From: an uncultured Gammaproteobacteria bacterium
GTDB lineage: Bacteria; Patescibacteriota; Patescibacteriia; Magasanikbacterales; GWA2-37-8
Length of the DNA stretch: 64,000 nt
Assembly: GCA_964536725.1 (NCBI GenBank)
Contig: CAZHYJ010000001.1
Location: 121,081 to 185,080, forward strand
Reading direction: 5' to 3'
The position numbers and the translations under genes were made by a program. Under the pieces are notes generated by a model. It saw only the letters and a list, made by a program, of their open reading frames with translations. It was not told the DNA's origin and ran no database searches. This document shows, in pieces, positions 9,074-17,428 of the stretch; the first letter of the stretch is position 1; every line of letters starts with the position of its first letter.

Positions 9074-9547
9074 TTACTTTTTATAAATTACAAAAGAAAA
9101 ACCGTCATGATCTTCGCGCCAGGTTTCGTGCCAAATGTTTGGGTCTATTTCTGGAAAAAACACGTCGCCATCAAATTTTTGATGTACATGGGTAATGTAA
9201 AGAGTGTCGACGCGGTCGATTGTTTGACGGTAAATGCTTGCGCCACCACAAATAAAAATATCTTCATCTTTTAATTGAGTGAAAACATCGTCTAAATTAT
9301 TTAAAACTCGTACTCCTTCTGGTGCTTGGTAATTCTTATCTAAAGTAACTACTACAGTTTGTCTTCCGGGCAATGGTTTGCCTAAATATCCTAAGATTGA
9401 TTCGAATGTTGCTTGGCCCATAACACAAGTTTTGCCCAGGGTATTTCTTTTGAAATACTGGAAATCTTCTGGTATGTGCCAGGGTATTTTATTTTTTACT
9501 CCAATGCAGTTGTTGTCAGCGATAGCGGCAATTAAAGAAAAAGGCAT
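9074..9547 (-). CDS. folA: Dihydrofolate reductase
   Basis: IGVKNKIPWHIPEDF, VMGQATFESI, PLPGR, ICGGASIY, GDVFFP; ATG at 9547. Confidence 0.96.
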   Translation of the reverse strand: MPFSLIAAIADNNCIGVKNKIPWHIPEDFQYFKRNTLGKTCVMGQATFESILGYLGKPLPGRQTVVVTLDKNYQAPEGVRVLNNLDDVFTQLKDEDIFICGGASIYRQTIDRVDTLYITHVHQKFDGDVFFPEIDPNIWHETWREDHDGFSFVIYKK

Positions 9548-9548
9548 A

Positions 9549-10421
9549 TTAAACAGCGATATCAAATTTAATAGATGGGTAACTTTGATAATTTAAAACT
9601 TCAGTATCTGTATATTGCCAATCAAAAATAGAAGTGAAATTTTTTGTTTCTAGAGTGGGTAATGGATAAGTGGTGTAGTCGCGAGATAGCTGTTCTTTTG
9701 CTCCAGCAATGTGATTCTCATAAATATGGACATCACCCAAGAAACCGATCAACTTACCTTCCTTTAGTCCAGTTTCTTTTGCCAACAAATGTAGCATTGT
9801 AGCGTAGCTAGCAATATTAAATGGCAAACCAAGCATGGTGTCAACTGAGCGTTGATTCCACATCAAATTTATTTTTCCATTAATAACAGTTACCTGAAAA
9901 CCGTAATGACAATATGGTGGCATCGCTTTATCTACGTCTAGTGGGTTCCATGCCATTACAATCATGCGGCGATCACCGGGATCGGTTTTTAGTTTGTCTA
10001 CAACTTTCTTAAGTTGGTCAACTCCTTGTCCCGTATAATCAGTTTGGTAATCTTTGTAAGTTGCTCCAAAATGTCTCCACTCCCATCCATAAATAGTACC
10101 TAAATCTCTCTCTTCTAACATTTTTTGTTTTGTTTCTGGATCATTGGCGTATTTAATTTTTAAAGGTGTGCACCACTCATCCCAGATATGATTATTTCTA
10201 TCCTGGAGCCATTTTTTATCAGTTATGCCTTTGATAAAAAACTCTAGCTCTGAAGCAACTAGACGAAAGGGTACTTTTTTGGTGGTAAGAAGTGGAAAAC
10301 CATTGCTCATATCATGCTCGAACATCGCTCCGGCAATGGCTAGTGTATCAATACCCGTACGATTATGTTTTAATTCACCTTTCTCGAGTATTTGTTTTAC
10401 AATATCTAAGTATGCCTTCAT
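9549..10421 (-). CDS. thyA: Thymidylate synthase
   Basis: RTG, FPLLTTKKV, YGWEWR, catalytic CH (PPYCH), QRSVD..LGLPFNIASY, GDVHIY. Confidence 0.97.
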   Translation of the reverse strand: MKAYLDIVKQILEKGELKHNRTGIDTLAIAGAMFEHDMSNGFPLLTTKKVPFRLVASELEFFIKGITDKKWLQDRNNHIWDEWCTPLKIKYANDPETKQKMLEERDLGTIYGWEWRHFGATYKDYQTDYTGQGVDQLKKVVDKLKTDPGDRRMIVMAWNPLDVDKAMPPYCHYGFQVTVINGKINLMWNQRSVDTMLGLPFNIASYATMLHLLAKETGLKEGKLIGFLGDVHIYENHIAGAKEQLSRDYTTYPLPTLETKNFTSIFDWQYTDTEVLNYQSYPSIKFDIAV

Positions 10422-10429
10422 ATATTTAC

Positions 10430-10855
10430 TTATTTACCCGTGGTGCCAAAGCCGCCACGACTATTATTATTCATCTGTTCTACTTCCTCCCATTCTGGTT
10501 TTTCTATTTTTACAAAAGCGGCCTGGCCTAATCTTTCGCTTTTTTCGATTATCACTTCTTGATTAGTGACGTTATAAACTTGTAAAAGTATTTCATCTTG
10601 CTCACCACAAAAATCCTGGTCAATATATCCAGTACTAACCATCAAGCCTTTGCGTTTCAGTGTGCTAGAGCGATCTTTTATCTGTAGCATATAGCCCTCA
10701 GGAATAGCGATAATAATATTAGTGGGTATCCTCTCCAAAGTTTTTGGCTGAATAGTTAAATCGATGCGGCTGTACAAATCAAATGCTACTGCGCCTGGGG
10801 TTTGATAGGTGGGAAGTGGTAGGGAAGTGTCAATTCTTTTAATTTTGACTTGCAT
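10430..10855 (-). CDS. dut: dUTP diphosphatase
   Basis: AFDL, RSS, GYIDQDFCG, RLGQ, RGGFGTTG motifs. Confidence 0.95.
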   Translation of the reverse strand: MQVKIKRIDTSLPLPTYQTPGAVAFDLYSRIDLTIQPKTLERIPTNIIIAIPEGYMLQIKDRSSTLKRKGLMVSTGYIDQDFCGEQDEILLQVYNVTNQEVIIEKSERLGQAAFVKIEKPEWEEVEQMNNNSRGGFGTTGK

Positions 10856-11411
10856 ACTTTATTTTATTTAAAACATCCTCAGTTTGATTGTACAATTCTT
10901 CAAAATCACCATTATTAGTAATGGTAAATTTGGCCGTACTGCCCAATTTTTTTGTTAGACTGTCGGCTTCTGCTTGTTCGTTAGCCAAAAATTCTTCATA
11001 GGTTTTTTCGCTATCACCTGGATTCTCTGCTCTCTTTACTAACCTTTCCCAACGAATCTTGGGATCAGCGGTGATATAGATCAAGTTAAATCCAGGCATC
11101 TTTTCTAGATAAATAATATCAGTGGGCCGGCGAATGCCGTCCACTATCACAACTTCGTTTGAGTCATTTTCGACATCAAACGCAATTACCTTGCTCATTA
11201 AATCTTGACCAAAATTCTCACGTAATACTTTTGATATTAATTGTAGGTTGTCGCGACTTTCTGGGATATATAGTCGTTGTACAACATCGCGCAACATGGT
11301 GGAGTAGCGGTAGGCGTTGATATTGTGTTTTTCTTTGAGATATTTACAGATCGTACCTTTGCCAGACGCGATGTCGCCGACAAATCCCAGGACTATCTTA
11401 TTGTTTGGCAT
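10839..11411 (-). CDS. P-loop nucleotide kinase (dephospho-CoA kinase-like / NMP kinase fold)
   Basis: GDIASGKGT Walker A, VIVDGIR, RWERLVKR lid region; ATG at 11411. Confidence 0.8.
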   Translation of the reverse strand: MPNNKIVLGFVGDIASGKGTICKYLKEKHNINAYRYSTMLRDVVQRLYIPESRDNLQLISKVLRENFGQDLMSKVIAFDVENDSNEVVIVDGIRRPTDIIYLEKMPGFNLIYITADPKIRWERLVKRAENPGDSEKTYEEFLANEQAEADSLTKKLGSTAKFTITNNGDFEELYNQTEDVLNKIKYASQN

Positions 11412-11871
11412 ATTTTGTACTTTTATATTCACGATATTTTACGCCGGCTAAATCCAACAACTTGCGCGAAACTTGCCAGATGGCAGCGTCGTGATATTTG
11501 TCGCTTTCATAAATTATTTCAGTAACACCTTTTTGGATAATAGTTTTTGCGCATTCGTTGCAAGGGAAGAGGGTGCAATATATCTTGCAATCCTTAGTTG
11601 GATTATTGGCATTATAGATAGCGTTTTCTTCGGCGTGGCAGATGTAGGCATATTTTGTCTCAGTAGTTCCGCCTTCTCTTTCCCAAGGCAATGCGTCGGT
11701 ATCGATGCCGCGTGGCCAACCATTATATCCCATCCCCATTACTACGTTGTTTTGATCTACCACCACCGCACCAGCCTGAGTGGATGGATCTTTGGAGCGT
11801 TCAGAGATAATATGCGCCATTTGCATAAAACACTCGTCCCAAGAGATGTAATCTTTTCTAGCTTCGGTCAT
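11398..11871 (-). CDS. dCMP deaminase (ComEB-like)
   Basis: SWDECFM, RSKDPSTQAGA, GYNG, HAEENAI, PCNECAK zinc motifs. Confidence 0.95.
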   Translation of the reverse strand: MTEARKDYISWDECFMQMAHIISERSKDPSTQAGAVVVDQNNVVMGMGYNGWPRGIDTDALPWEREGGTTETKYAYICHAEENAIYNANNPTKDCKIYCTLFPCNECAKTIIQKGVTEIIYESDKYHDAAIWQVSRKLLDLAGVKYREYKSTKYAKQ

Positions 11872-12034
11872 ATTCAAAATGAATGAGAGAAATGGAAAAT
11901 GTAGTTTTCCATTTCCGAGTGAATGAGAATATATCGCTCTAGCGTATATATATTTTTTAGTTTAAAAGTACCTTAATTTTAGCAAAGTTAAGGTATTCTG
12001 CCAAGTAACAAAAAACCTCCATTTTATGGAGGTT

Positions 12035-13120
12035 TTAGTGGATAATTATTTTGCCTTGATCAGCATCAACTGTCACCCAATCGCCGTCTTTTAGTTTTTT
12101 CATCGCGTCTTTTACGTTGGCAACATAAGGTTTCTTTAGTTCTCGACTGACAATCGCGGCGTGTGACAAGACAGTGCCTTGCTCCGTGATTATTCCGCCT
12201 GCTTTTTTGATGTAGGGGAGATGTTGGAATGTTATTAATGGACTTACCAGAATTTCATTTTTTTGGAAGGCGATTTTAGTAGCACCATTTTTTACCTTTC
12301 TAATTTTTCCTTTAATTTTTCCAGGACCAATACAGATTCCGTGTAAGTAATCAGTGTGGCGAGTGATGGTAATTATGGTTTTATTAAGCAACTTGTCTAG
12401 TATGCGATTGTAATCGACAAAACTGATGTTTTTTTTATGGTCGACAATAAACTCAAAATAACCTTTTAAATAATTGTGAGTACTAAAAGTGGAGGATAAT
12501 TCTTTTTTTAGAAGATGCTGTTCTTGTTTTTTGTTAACCAATAGTTTTTTGACGGTTTGTTTGATCAGCTTTATCGTCTTCTTATCGTGGTTAGAAAAAT
12601 GCCATTTTTTATAATCATAGTAAAAGACCAGACTTTCTCCCCGATAAGTACCTTGAGAAAAATGGATGATGTGGTCTTTTATCAATTCTCCCCAGATTCC
12701 TTTGTTGTTTATACAGAAAACAGCAGAGTGAGTAATATTTGTGGGCTGCTTTACAAGTTCGTAGCGGAACTTTGTCGTATCAATTTTGGTTTTTTTTAAC
12801 CAAAACAGACATTGGTGTAGTGTTTTTTGTAGGCGAATCTTTGGGAGGTTGTTTTTTAGGGGAAGTAATTTAAAAAGGTACAAGCCGTTATCTTTTTTCT
12901 TAATTAAGGAGATTAATTGATTTTCTAACTCTTCTTTTTTGCTCGGTGCGATGTAGATAGCTGGCAAAAACGGAAGATTAATTATCCCATTTAATATTTT
13001 TAGTCGACCTCTTTTTGTGTAATCTTCTTTTTGGAATTTTTCGGTTCCAGGAATGTCAAGATGCCGCATCCACTCTGTTATAGAAGGAAATTGATTGTCC
13101 TTTTTATCTTCATTGGCCAT
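12035..13120 (-). CDS. Protein with unrecognised N-terminal region and C-terminal PEP-utilising phosphohistidine (swivel) domain
   Basis: C-terminal GGIITEQGTVLSHAAIVSRELKKP...LKDGDWVTVDADQG; start overlaps the upstream stop. Confidence 0.78.
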   Translation of the reverse strand: MANEDKKDNQFPSITEWMRHLDIPGTEKFQKEDYTKRGRLKILNGIINLPFLPAIYIAPSKKEELENQLISLIKKKDNGLYLFKLLPLKNNLPKIRLQKTLHQCLFWLKKTKIDTTKFRYELVKQPTNITHSAVFCINNKGIWGELIKDHIIHFSQGTYRGESLVFYYDYKKWHFSNHDKKTIKLIKQTVKKLLVNKKQEQHLLKKELSSTFSTHNYLKGYFEFIVDHKKNISFVDYNRILDKLLNKTIITITRHTDYLHGICIGPGKIKGKIRKVKNGATKIAFQKNEILVSPLITFQHLPYIKKAGGIITEQGTVLSHAAIVSRELKKPYVANVKDAMKKLKDGDWVTVDADQGKIIIH

Positions 13121-14141
13121 ATTGTGCTTTTTTGTATTTTTCAACCGTGTTGATTATCTTTTTTGCTACGGCTATTGGATAAGTTGGGCGATTGCCAGAA
13201 GATGTTTCTATACAAAACATTATTCCGTTTATATCGTCGAGAATCATATTGGTTAGATCTGTGATGTCAGAGCGAGAAGGCGTAAAGTTGTTTACTGTAC
13301 TTTCCAATATCTGGGTCGAGACAATTACAAGCCTATTTTGTTCTTTGGCGATTTTAGTAATCTCTTTCTGGTATATGCCAGTTTGTTCAAAAGGTATATT
13401 GACAGCTATTTCTCCGCGGTCGATTAATACATGGGAATAATCTTTGTTTTGGCAAATTTTAGTTAATTCTTCGCGATTATGATAGTTTTCGATTTTGACA
13501 ATAATTTTTGTATGTTGGAGCTCCTCCTTGGCTTTAATTAACTTTATTATTTTTTCATTTAAACCTTCTGATATATAAGAAATGGATATAAATTGCGGTT
13601 GCAGAGAGGCGATTTTGTCTATTGCATCCGTATATATTTTAAGGATTTCTATATCGTCTTTTTCGTGTTCTATATTAAATGTCTTCATGTAGTGGAAGAG
13701 CCCGTTATTCAAAAAACGTACCCCAATCGTGTCGCTATCAATTATATCAGTCACCTGTAATGATACTTCGCCATCACCAATTGTTACTGTCTGGTTGATA
13801 GCTACTTTTTCGCCTATTTTTTTTGTGTCCACTGGTATAAACAAATTGCAGTCTGGGCTATAGGTAGCTGATTTAATGGTGTGTTCATCGTTTTCTCGTA
13901 CGGTGAACATCTTAGAATCAAAGTCTCCTAACCTTATTTTTGTTAATGGTAGATCAATTAAAATACCGATATTAGCATGTAGATCGTCGATGATATTTTG
14001 CCCAGTTCTTACTAGTTCAAGATGTTCCTCGATTACTTTGTAGGAAAAATTATAACGCAAAACATCTGCTCCAGCGAGAATTATTTTGCGAATTTTATCT
14101 TCTCTTAGTGATCCGTGGCCGATGGTAGCGATAATCATCAT
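13110..14141 (-). CDS. Divergent pyruvate kinase-like protein (barrel plus B domain, no C-terminal domain)
   Basis: IIATIG, RYNFS, IIVKIEN, IDRGE, STQILES, ETSSG..YP align to PK motifs with several substitutions. Confidence 0.8.
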   Translation of the reverse strand: MMIIATIGHGSLREDKIRKIILAGADVLRYNFSYKVIEEHLELVRTGQNIIDDLHANIGILIDLPLTKIRLGDFDSKMFTVRENDEHTIKSATYSPDCNLFIPVDTKKIGEKVAINQTVTIGDGEVSLQVTDIIDSDTIGVRFLNNGLFHYMKTFNIEHEKDDIEILKIYTDAIDKIASLQPQFISISYISEGLNEKIIKLIKAKEELQHTKIIVKIENYHNREELTKICQNKDYSHVLIDRGEIAVNIPFEQTGIYQKEITKIAKEQNRLVIVSTQILESTVNNFTPSRSDITDLTNMILDDINGIMFCIETSSGNRPTYPIAVAKKIINTVEKYKKAQYGQ

Positions 14142-14186
14142 AAATTGATGATAAAACATCCCGATTAAGTCGGGATGTTGTTGAGA

Positions 14187-14864
14187 TTACTTGTCACTGA
14201 TTTTGATAGCTGGTCCCATAGTGGAGCACAGTATCAGATTTTTAACATAAGTTCCTTTTGATCCAGCAGGCTTGGCTTTGCTGAGAGTGTCCATGAAAGC
14301 CGCTAGATTTTCTTTTAGTTGTTCTTCGGTAAAGCTGATGCGGCCAATTAGCTGGTGGATGTTAGCGGTATCATCATTTTTGAAAGTGATTTTACCTTTT
14401 TTCAACTCTTCAATCATCTTCTTAACATTTGGGCCAACAGTTTCGGTTTTTGGGTTTGGCATCAAACCGCGTGGGCCTAAAACCTTGGCGACAACTGCCA
14501 TTTTAGGCATCATGTCAGGTGTGGTAACAGCCACATCAAACTCGATCTTTCCTGTATCTTTAATTTTTTTAATATCCTCTTCGCCATAAACGAAATCAGC
14601 ACCAGCTTCTTTAGCTTCCTTCTCTTTTTCTGGGCCAACGAAAGCAGCTACCTTTTTTGTTTTACCCATACCATGTGGCAATACCACAGTGGCACGAATT
14701 TGCTGGTCGCCTTTTTTAGGATCGATACCCAAATTAGCGTGTACTTCTACACCAGCATCAAATTTCACACCGGAAGTTTCCTTGACGAGTTTGATGGCCT
14801 CGTCCCAGTTGTAGACCTTATTTTTTTCAACCTTGGTCTGAAGGTTATTCATGCGTTTTGACAT
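14187..14864 (-). CDS. rplA: 50S ribosomal protein L1
   Basis: KFDAGVE, LGIDP..DQQIR, LPHGMG, LGPRGLMPNPK, STMGP. Confidence 0.98.
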   Translation of the reverse strand: MSKRMNNLQTKVEKNKVYNWDEAIKLVKETSGVKFDAGVEVHANLGIDPKKGDQQIRATVVLPHGMGKTKKVAAFVGPEKEKEAKEAGADFVYGEEDIKKIKDTGKIEFDVAVTTPDMMPKMAVVAKVLGPRGLMPNPKTETVGPNVKKMIEELKKGKITFKNDDTANIHQLIGRISFTEEQLKENLAAFMDTLSKAKPAGSKGTYVKNLILCSTMGPAIKISDK

Positions 14865-14878
14865 AAAAAATTTGTTAC

Positions 14879-14911
14879 GTGGTACAAACTCCCTGGTGAC
14901 AGGGATCCCAC
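14879..14911 (-). promoter_or_regulatory. L1 autoregulatory RNA site (mimic of the 23S rRNA L1-binding site)
   Basis: Minus strand GUGG-GA-UCCCUG-UCAC-CAGGGA-GUUUGUA-CCAC: two stems with an asymmetric internal loop, 14 nt upstream of the rplA ATG. Confidence 0.75.
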
Positions 14912-15010
14912 ATTTACACCGCTATTTTAGCTTAAAAACCCAAGGTTGTCAATATCCGCGGTCAGGGTAAGGAGATTGACTTTTGGACGGTAAAAATATA
15001 GAATGTTTTT

Positions 15011-16381
15011 ATGTCTATCAAGCCAAAATTCCATCTTCTTACCTTTGGATGTTCAATGAACAGGAACGACTCAGAGCGAGTCGTTAGTTTGCTTTTGGGT
15101 CTGGGATTTGAAGAGACAGCTAATCCAGCCGAGGCAGATTTATTAATGGTTAATACCTGCAGCGTACGTCAAAGTGCGGAGGATCGGGTGTGGGGATTTG
15201 TACGCAATTGGCAGGAGCTCAGAATTAAAAAGCCAAATTTGATTATTGCGATTACCGGTTGTATGCCCGGGCGTGATGAAAAGGGGGAGATAAAAAAGAG
15301 GTTGCCTGGGGTGGATCTGTTTTTTCCGATTGCTGAGTTGGCATATTTACCTGCACGATTAAAAGCGCTTAATCCGGATTTAATTGTTGGGGAAGTCGAC
15401 GACTTGGCAGACTATTTTTCTATCGATCCAAAACGGGTCGAAGCGCATCGGGTCTGTGTTGCCATTCAAACGGGTTGTAATAATTTTTGTACTTACTGTG
15501 TAGTGCCGAAGGCACGTGGCCCAGAACACAATCGTCCGGTTGAAGAAATAATGCGAGAGATAAAAATGGCGATTGCCAAGGGGGCGAAGGAGATAGTCTT
15601 GTTGGGGCAGGTGGTGAATAATTATCGGGCGCCAGATCCAGAAAATTTTTGTGGTTGCAATCCGTTTTTTAACGAAGCAATTCCGTTGGAGAAAAAAGAT
15701 GCTAGGTTTAACAAAGATTTTGCGGCGTTACTTTGGGAGGTCAATCAAGTTGAAGGGTTGGAACGACTACATTGGACTGCTGCTGATCCGCAGTATTTTA
15801 ATGAATACTTGATCCAAGCGCTTACTTTACCGAAGCAAATTAACTTCTTGCATTTGCCAGTACAAAGTGGTGATAATGAGATTTTAAAAAAGATGAATCG
15901 TCACTACACGCGCGAAGACTATATTACTTTGGTAAAGAAGATTAAAGCAGTATGCCCGACAATGGCGCTTGGCACTGATTTCATCGTTGGTTTTTGTGGT
16001 GAGACCGAAGAGCAGTTTGCCAACACTTTGGATTTATACAAACAGTGTGATTTTGATATCTCTTATCACGCACGTTACAGCGAACGGAGTGGTACAGCCG
16101 CCGCTAAAGCTTTTAAAGATGATGTGTCGCGAGCAGTAAAAAAAGAACGTTGGGACCGGGTGCAGGATTTGTTGAAAGAAACAACCGAAAGGAAGAACCG
16201 TGTATTTAAAGGGCAGGTTGTTTCGGTTTTAGTTGATAAATGCGAACAGGGGGTGTGTATGGGATATTCGTCGGAAATGAAACTGGTACACTTTGCGGGT
16301 AGTCAAGATTTGGTTGGAACCGTTGTTGATGTTAAAATAACGTGGACAGATACTTGGTTGTTGCGCGGAGAGGTTAGATAG
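15011..16381 (+). CDS. miaB: tRNA-2-methylthio-N6-dimethylallyladenosine synthase
   Basis: TFGCSMN, NTCSVR, GCNNFCTYCVVP, HLPVQSG, C-terminal TRAM domain; adjacent to miaA. Confidence 0.94.
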   Translation: MSIKPKFHLLTFGCSMNRNDSERVVSLLLGLGFEETANPAEADLLMVNTCSVRQSAEDRVWGFVRNWQELRIKKPNLIIAITGCMPGRDEKGEIKKRLPGVDLFFPIAELAYLPARLKALNPDLIVGEVDDLADYFSIDPKRVEAHRVCVAIQTGCNNFCTYCVVPKARGPEHNRPVEEIMREIKMAIAKGAKEIVLLGQVVNNYRAPDPENFCGCNPFFNEAIPLEKKDARFNKDFAALLWEVNQVEGLERLHWTAADPQYFNEYLIQALTLPKQINFLHLPVQSGDNEILKKMNRHYTREDYITLVKKIKAVCPTMALGTDFIVGFCGETEEQFANTLDLYKQCDFDISYHARYSERSGTAAAKAFKDDVSRAVKKERWDRVQDLLKETTERKNRVFKGQVVSVLVDKCEQGVCMGYSSEMKLVHFAGSQDLVGTVVDVKITWTDTWLLRGEVR

Positions 16382-16391
16382 TAATTTTAGG

Positions 16392-16491
16392 GGTTATGGG
16401 TTTGATAATTTTTTCGCTTTCCTCGGCTGCGAAGCCTCAGGGATGAGGCCTTGGCCTCATAACCCGCTCAAAAAATATCAAACCCATAACC
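16392..16491. repeat. Palindromic intergenic repeat, family A copy 2
   Basis: GGTTATGGGTTTGATA...TATCAAACCCATAACC outer stem enclosing the same core as 5857-5970. Confidence 0.85.
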
Positions 16492-16498
16492 GACTACT

Positions 16499-17428
16499 AT
16501 GCAAAACCTACCAAAAATAATCGCAGTCATCGGTCCAACCGCCTCAGGTAAAACAAATCTGGGAATCTTTTTGGCGAAGAAGTTTAATGGTGAAGTGGTA
16601 AATTTTGATTCACGACAGATCTATACCAAAATGAATATTGGTACAGCCAAGCCAGTAGGTGAGTGGAAAAATGTTGAAGGCAAAAAAGTGTTTGTTGTTG
16701 AAGATGTAATCCACCACCTGATGGATTTTGTTGACCCGGGCACGGATTATAGCCTGGCCAATTTCAAGGAAGACGCCTTTCGAGTGATTGATGATATTTT
16801 GTCCCGCGGGAAACTGCCAATTCTTGTAGGTGGTACCGGGCTATATTTCTGGGGCGTGATTGATAACTTGGATTTGACCAAAACCGAGCCAAACAAAGAA
16901 CTGCGCGAACAGCTGGAAAGTAAAACTCTAGAAGAGTTGGTTGAGATGTTAAAAGAAAAAGATCTTGAGTCAGCCACAATCATTGACTTAAAAAATCCGC
17001 GTCGGGTTTTGCGGGCTTTGGAAGTTGTATTATCCACCGGCGAATCGTTTGTTGCTCGTCGGGGAAAATCTGATCCGCGTTATGATGTTTTACAAATTGG
17101 TTTGTCGTGGCCACGTGAAGTGTTGAACACTAGAATTGACCAACGAGTGGAACAACAAATTAAAGATGGATTGGTTGAGGAAACACAAAAATTATCCAAG
17201 GAATATTCCTGGGAGTTGCCCAGTATGAGTGGTATTGGTTACCGCCAAATGGGATATTTTTTGCGCGGGGAGATGAGTTTGCCCGAAGCAGTTGAAATTT
17301 TAAAACGTGATACCAAGCGCTACGCTAAACGTCAGATGACTTGGTTTAAAAGAGATCAGAGAATTGTCTGGATAGACGGATTAGACGAGAGAAATGCAGA
17401 AGAGCTAGCGCGCGAATTTTTAGATTAG
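16499..17428 (+). CDS. miaA: tRNA dimethylallyltransferase
   Basis: GPTASGKT, DSRQIY..MNIGTAKP, VGGTGLY, YAKRQMTWF. Confidence 0.97.
   Translation: MQNLPKIIAVIGPTASGKTNLGIFLAKKFNGEVVNFDSRQIYTKMNIGTAKPVGEWKNVEGKKVFVVEDVIHHLMDFVDPGTDYSLANFKEDAFRVIDDILSRGKLPILVGGTGLYFWGVIDNLDLTKTEPNKELREQLESKTLEELVEMLKEKDLESATIIDLKNPRRVLRALEVVLSTGESFVARRGKSDPRYDVLQIGLSWPREVLNTRIDQRVEQQIKDGLVEETQKLSKEYSWELPSMSGIGYRQMGYFLRGEMSLPEAVEILKRDTKRYAKRQMTWFKRDQRIVWIDGLDERNAEELAREFLD

Noticed and set aside
8355-11871. Prophage nucleotide-metabolism or DNA-hypermodification module
   Set aside because: No phage structural, replication or integrase genes; ThyA keeps the dUMP-specific Asn; flanks are housekeeping
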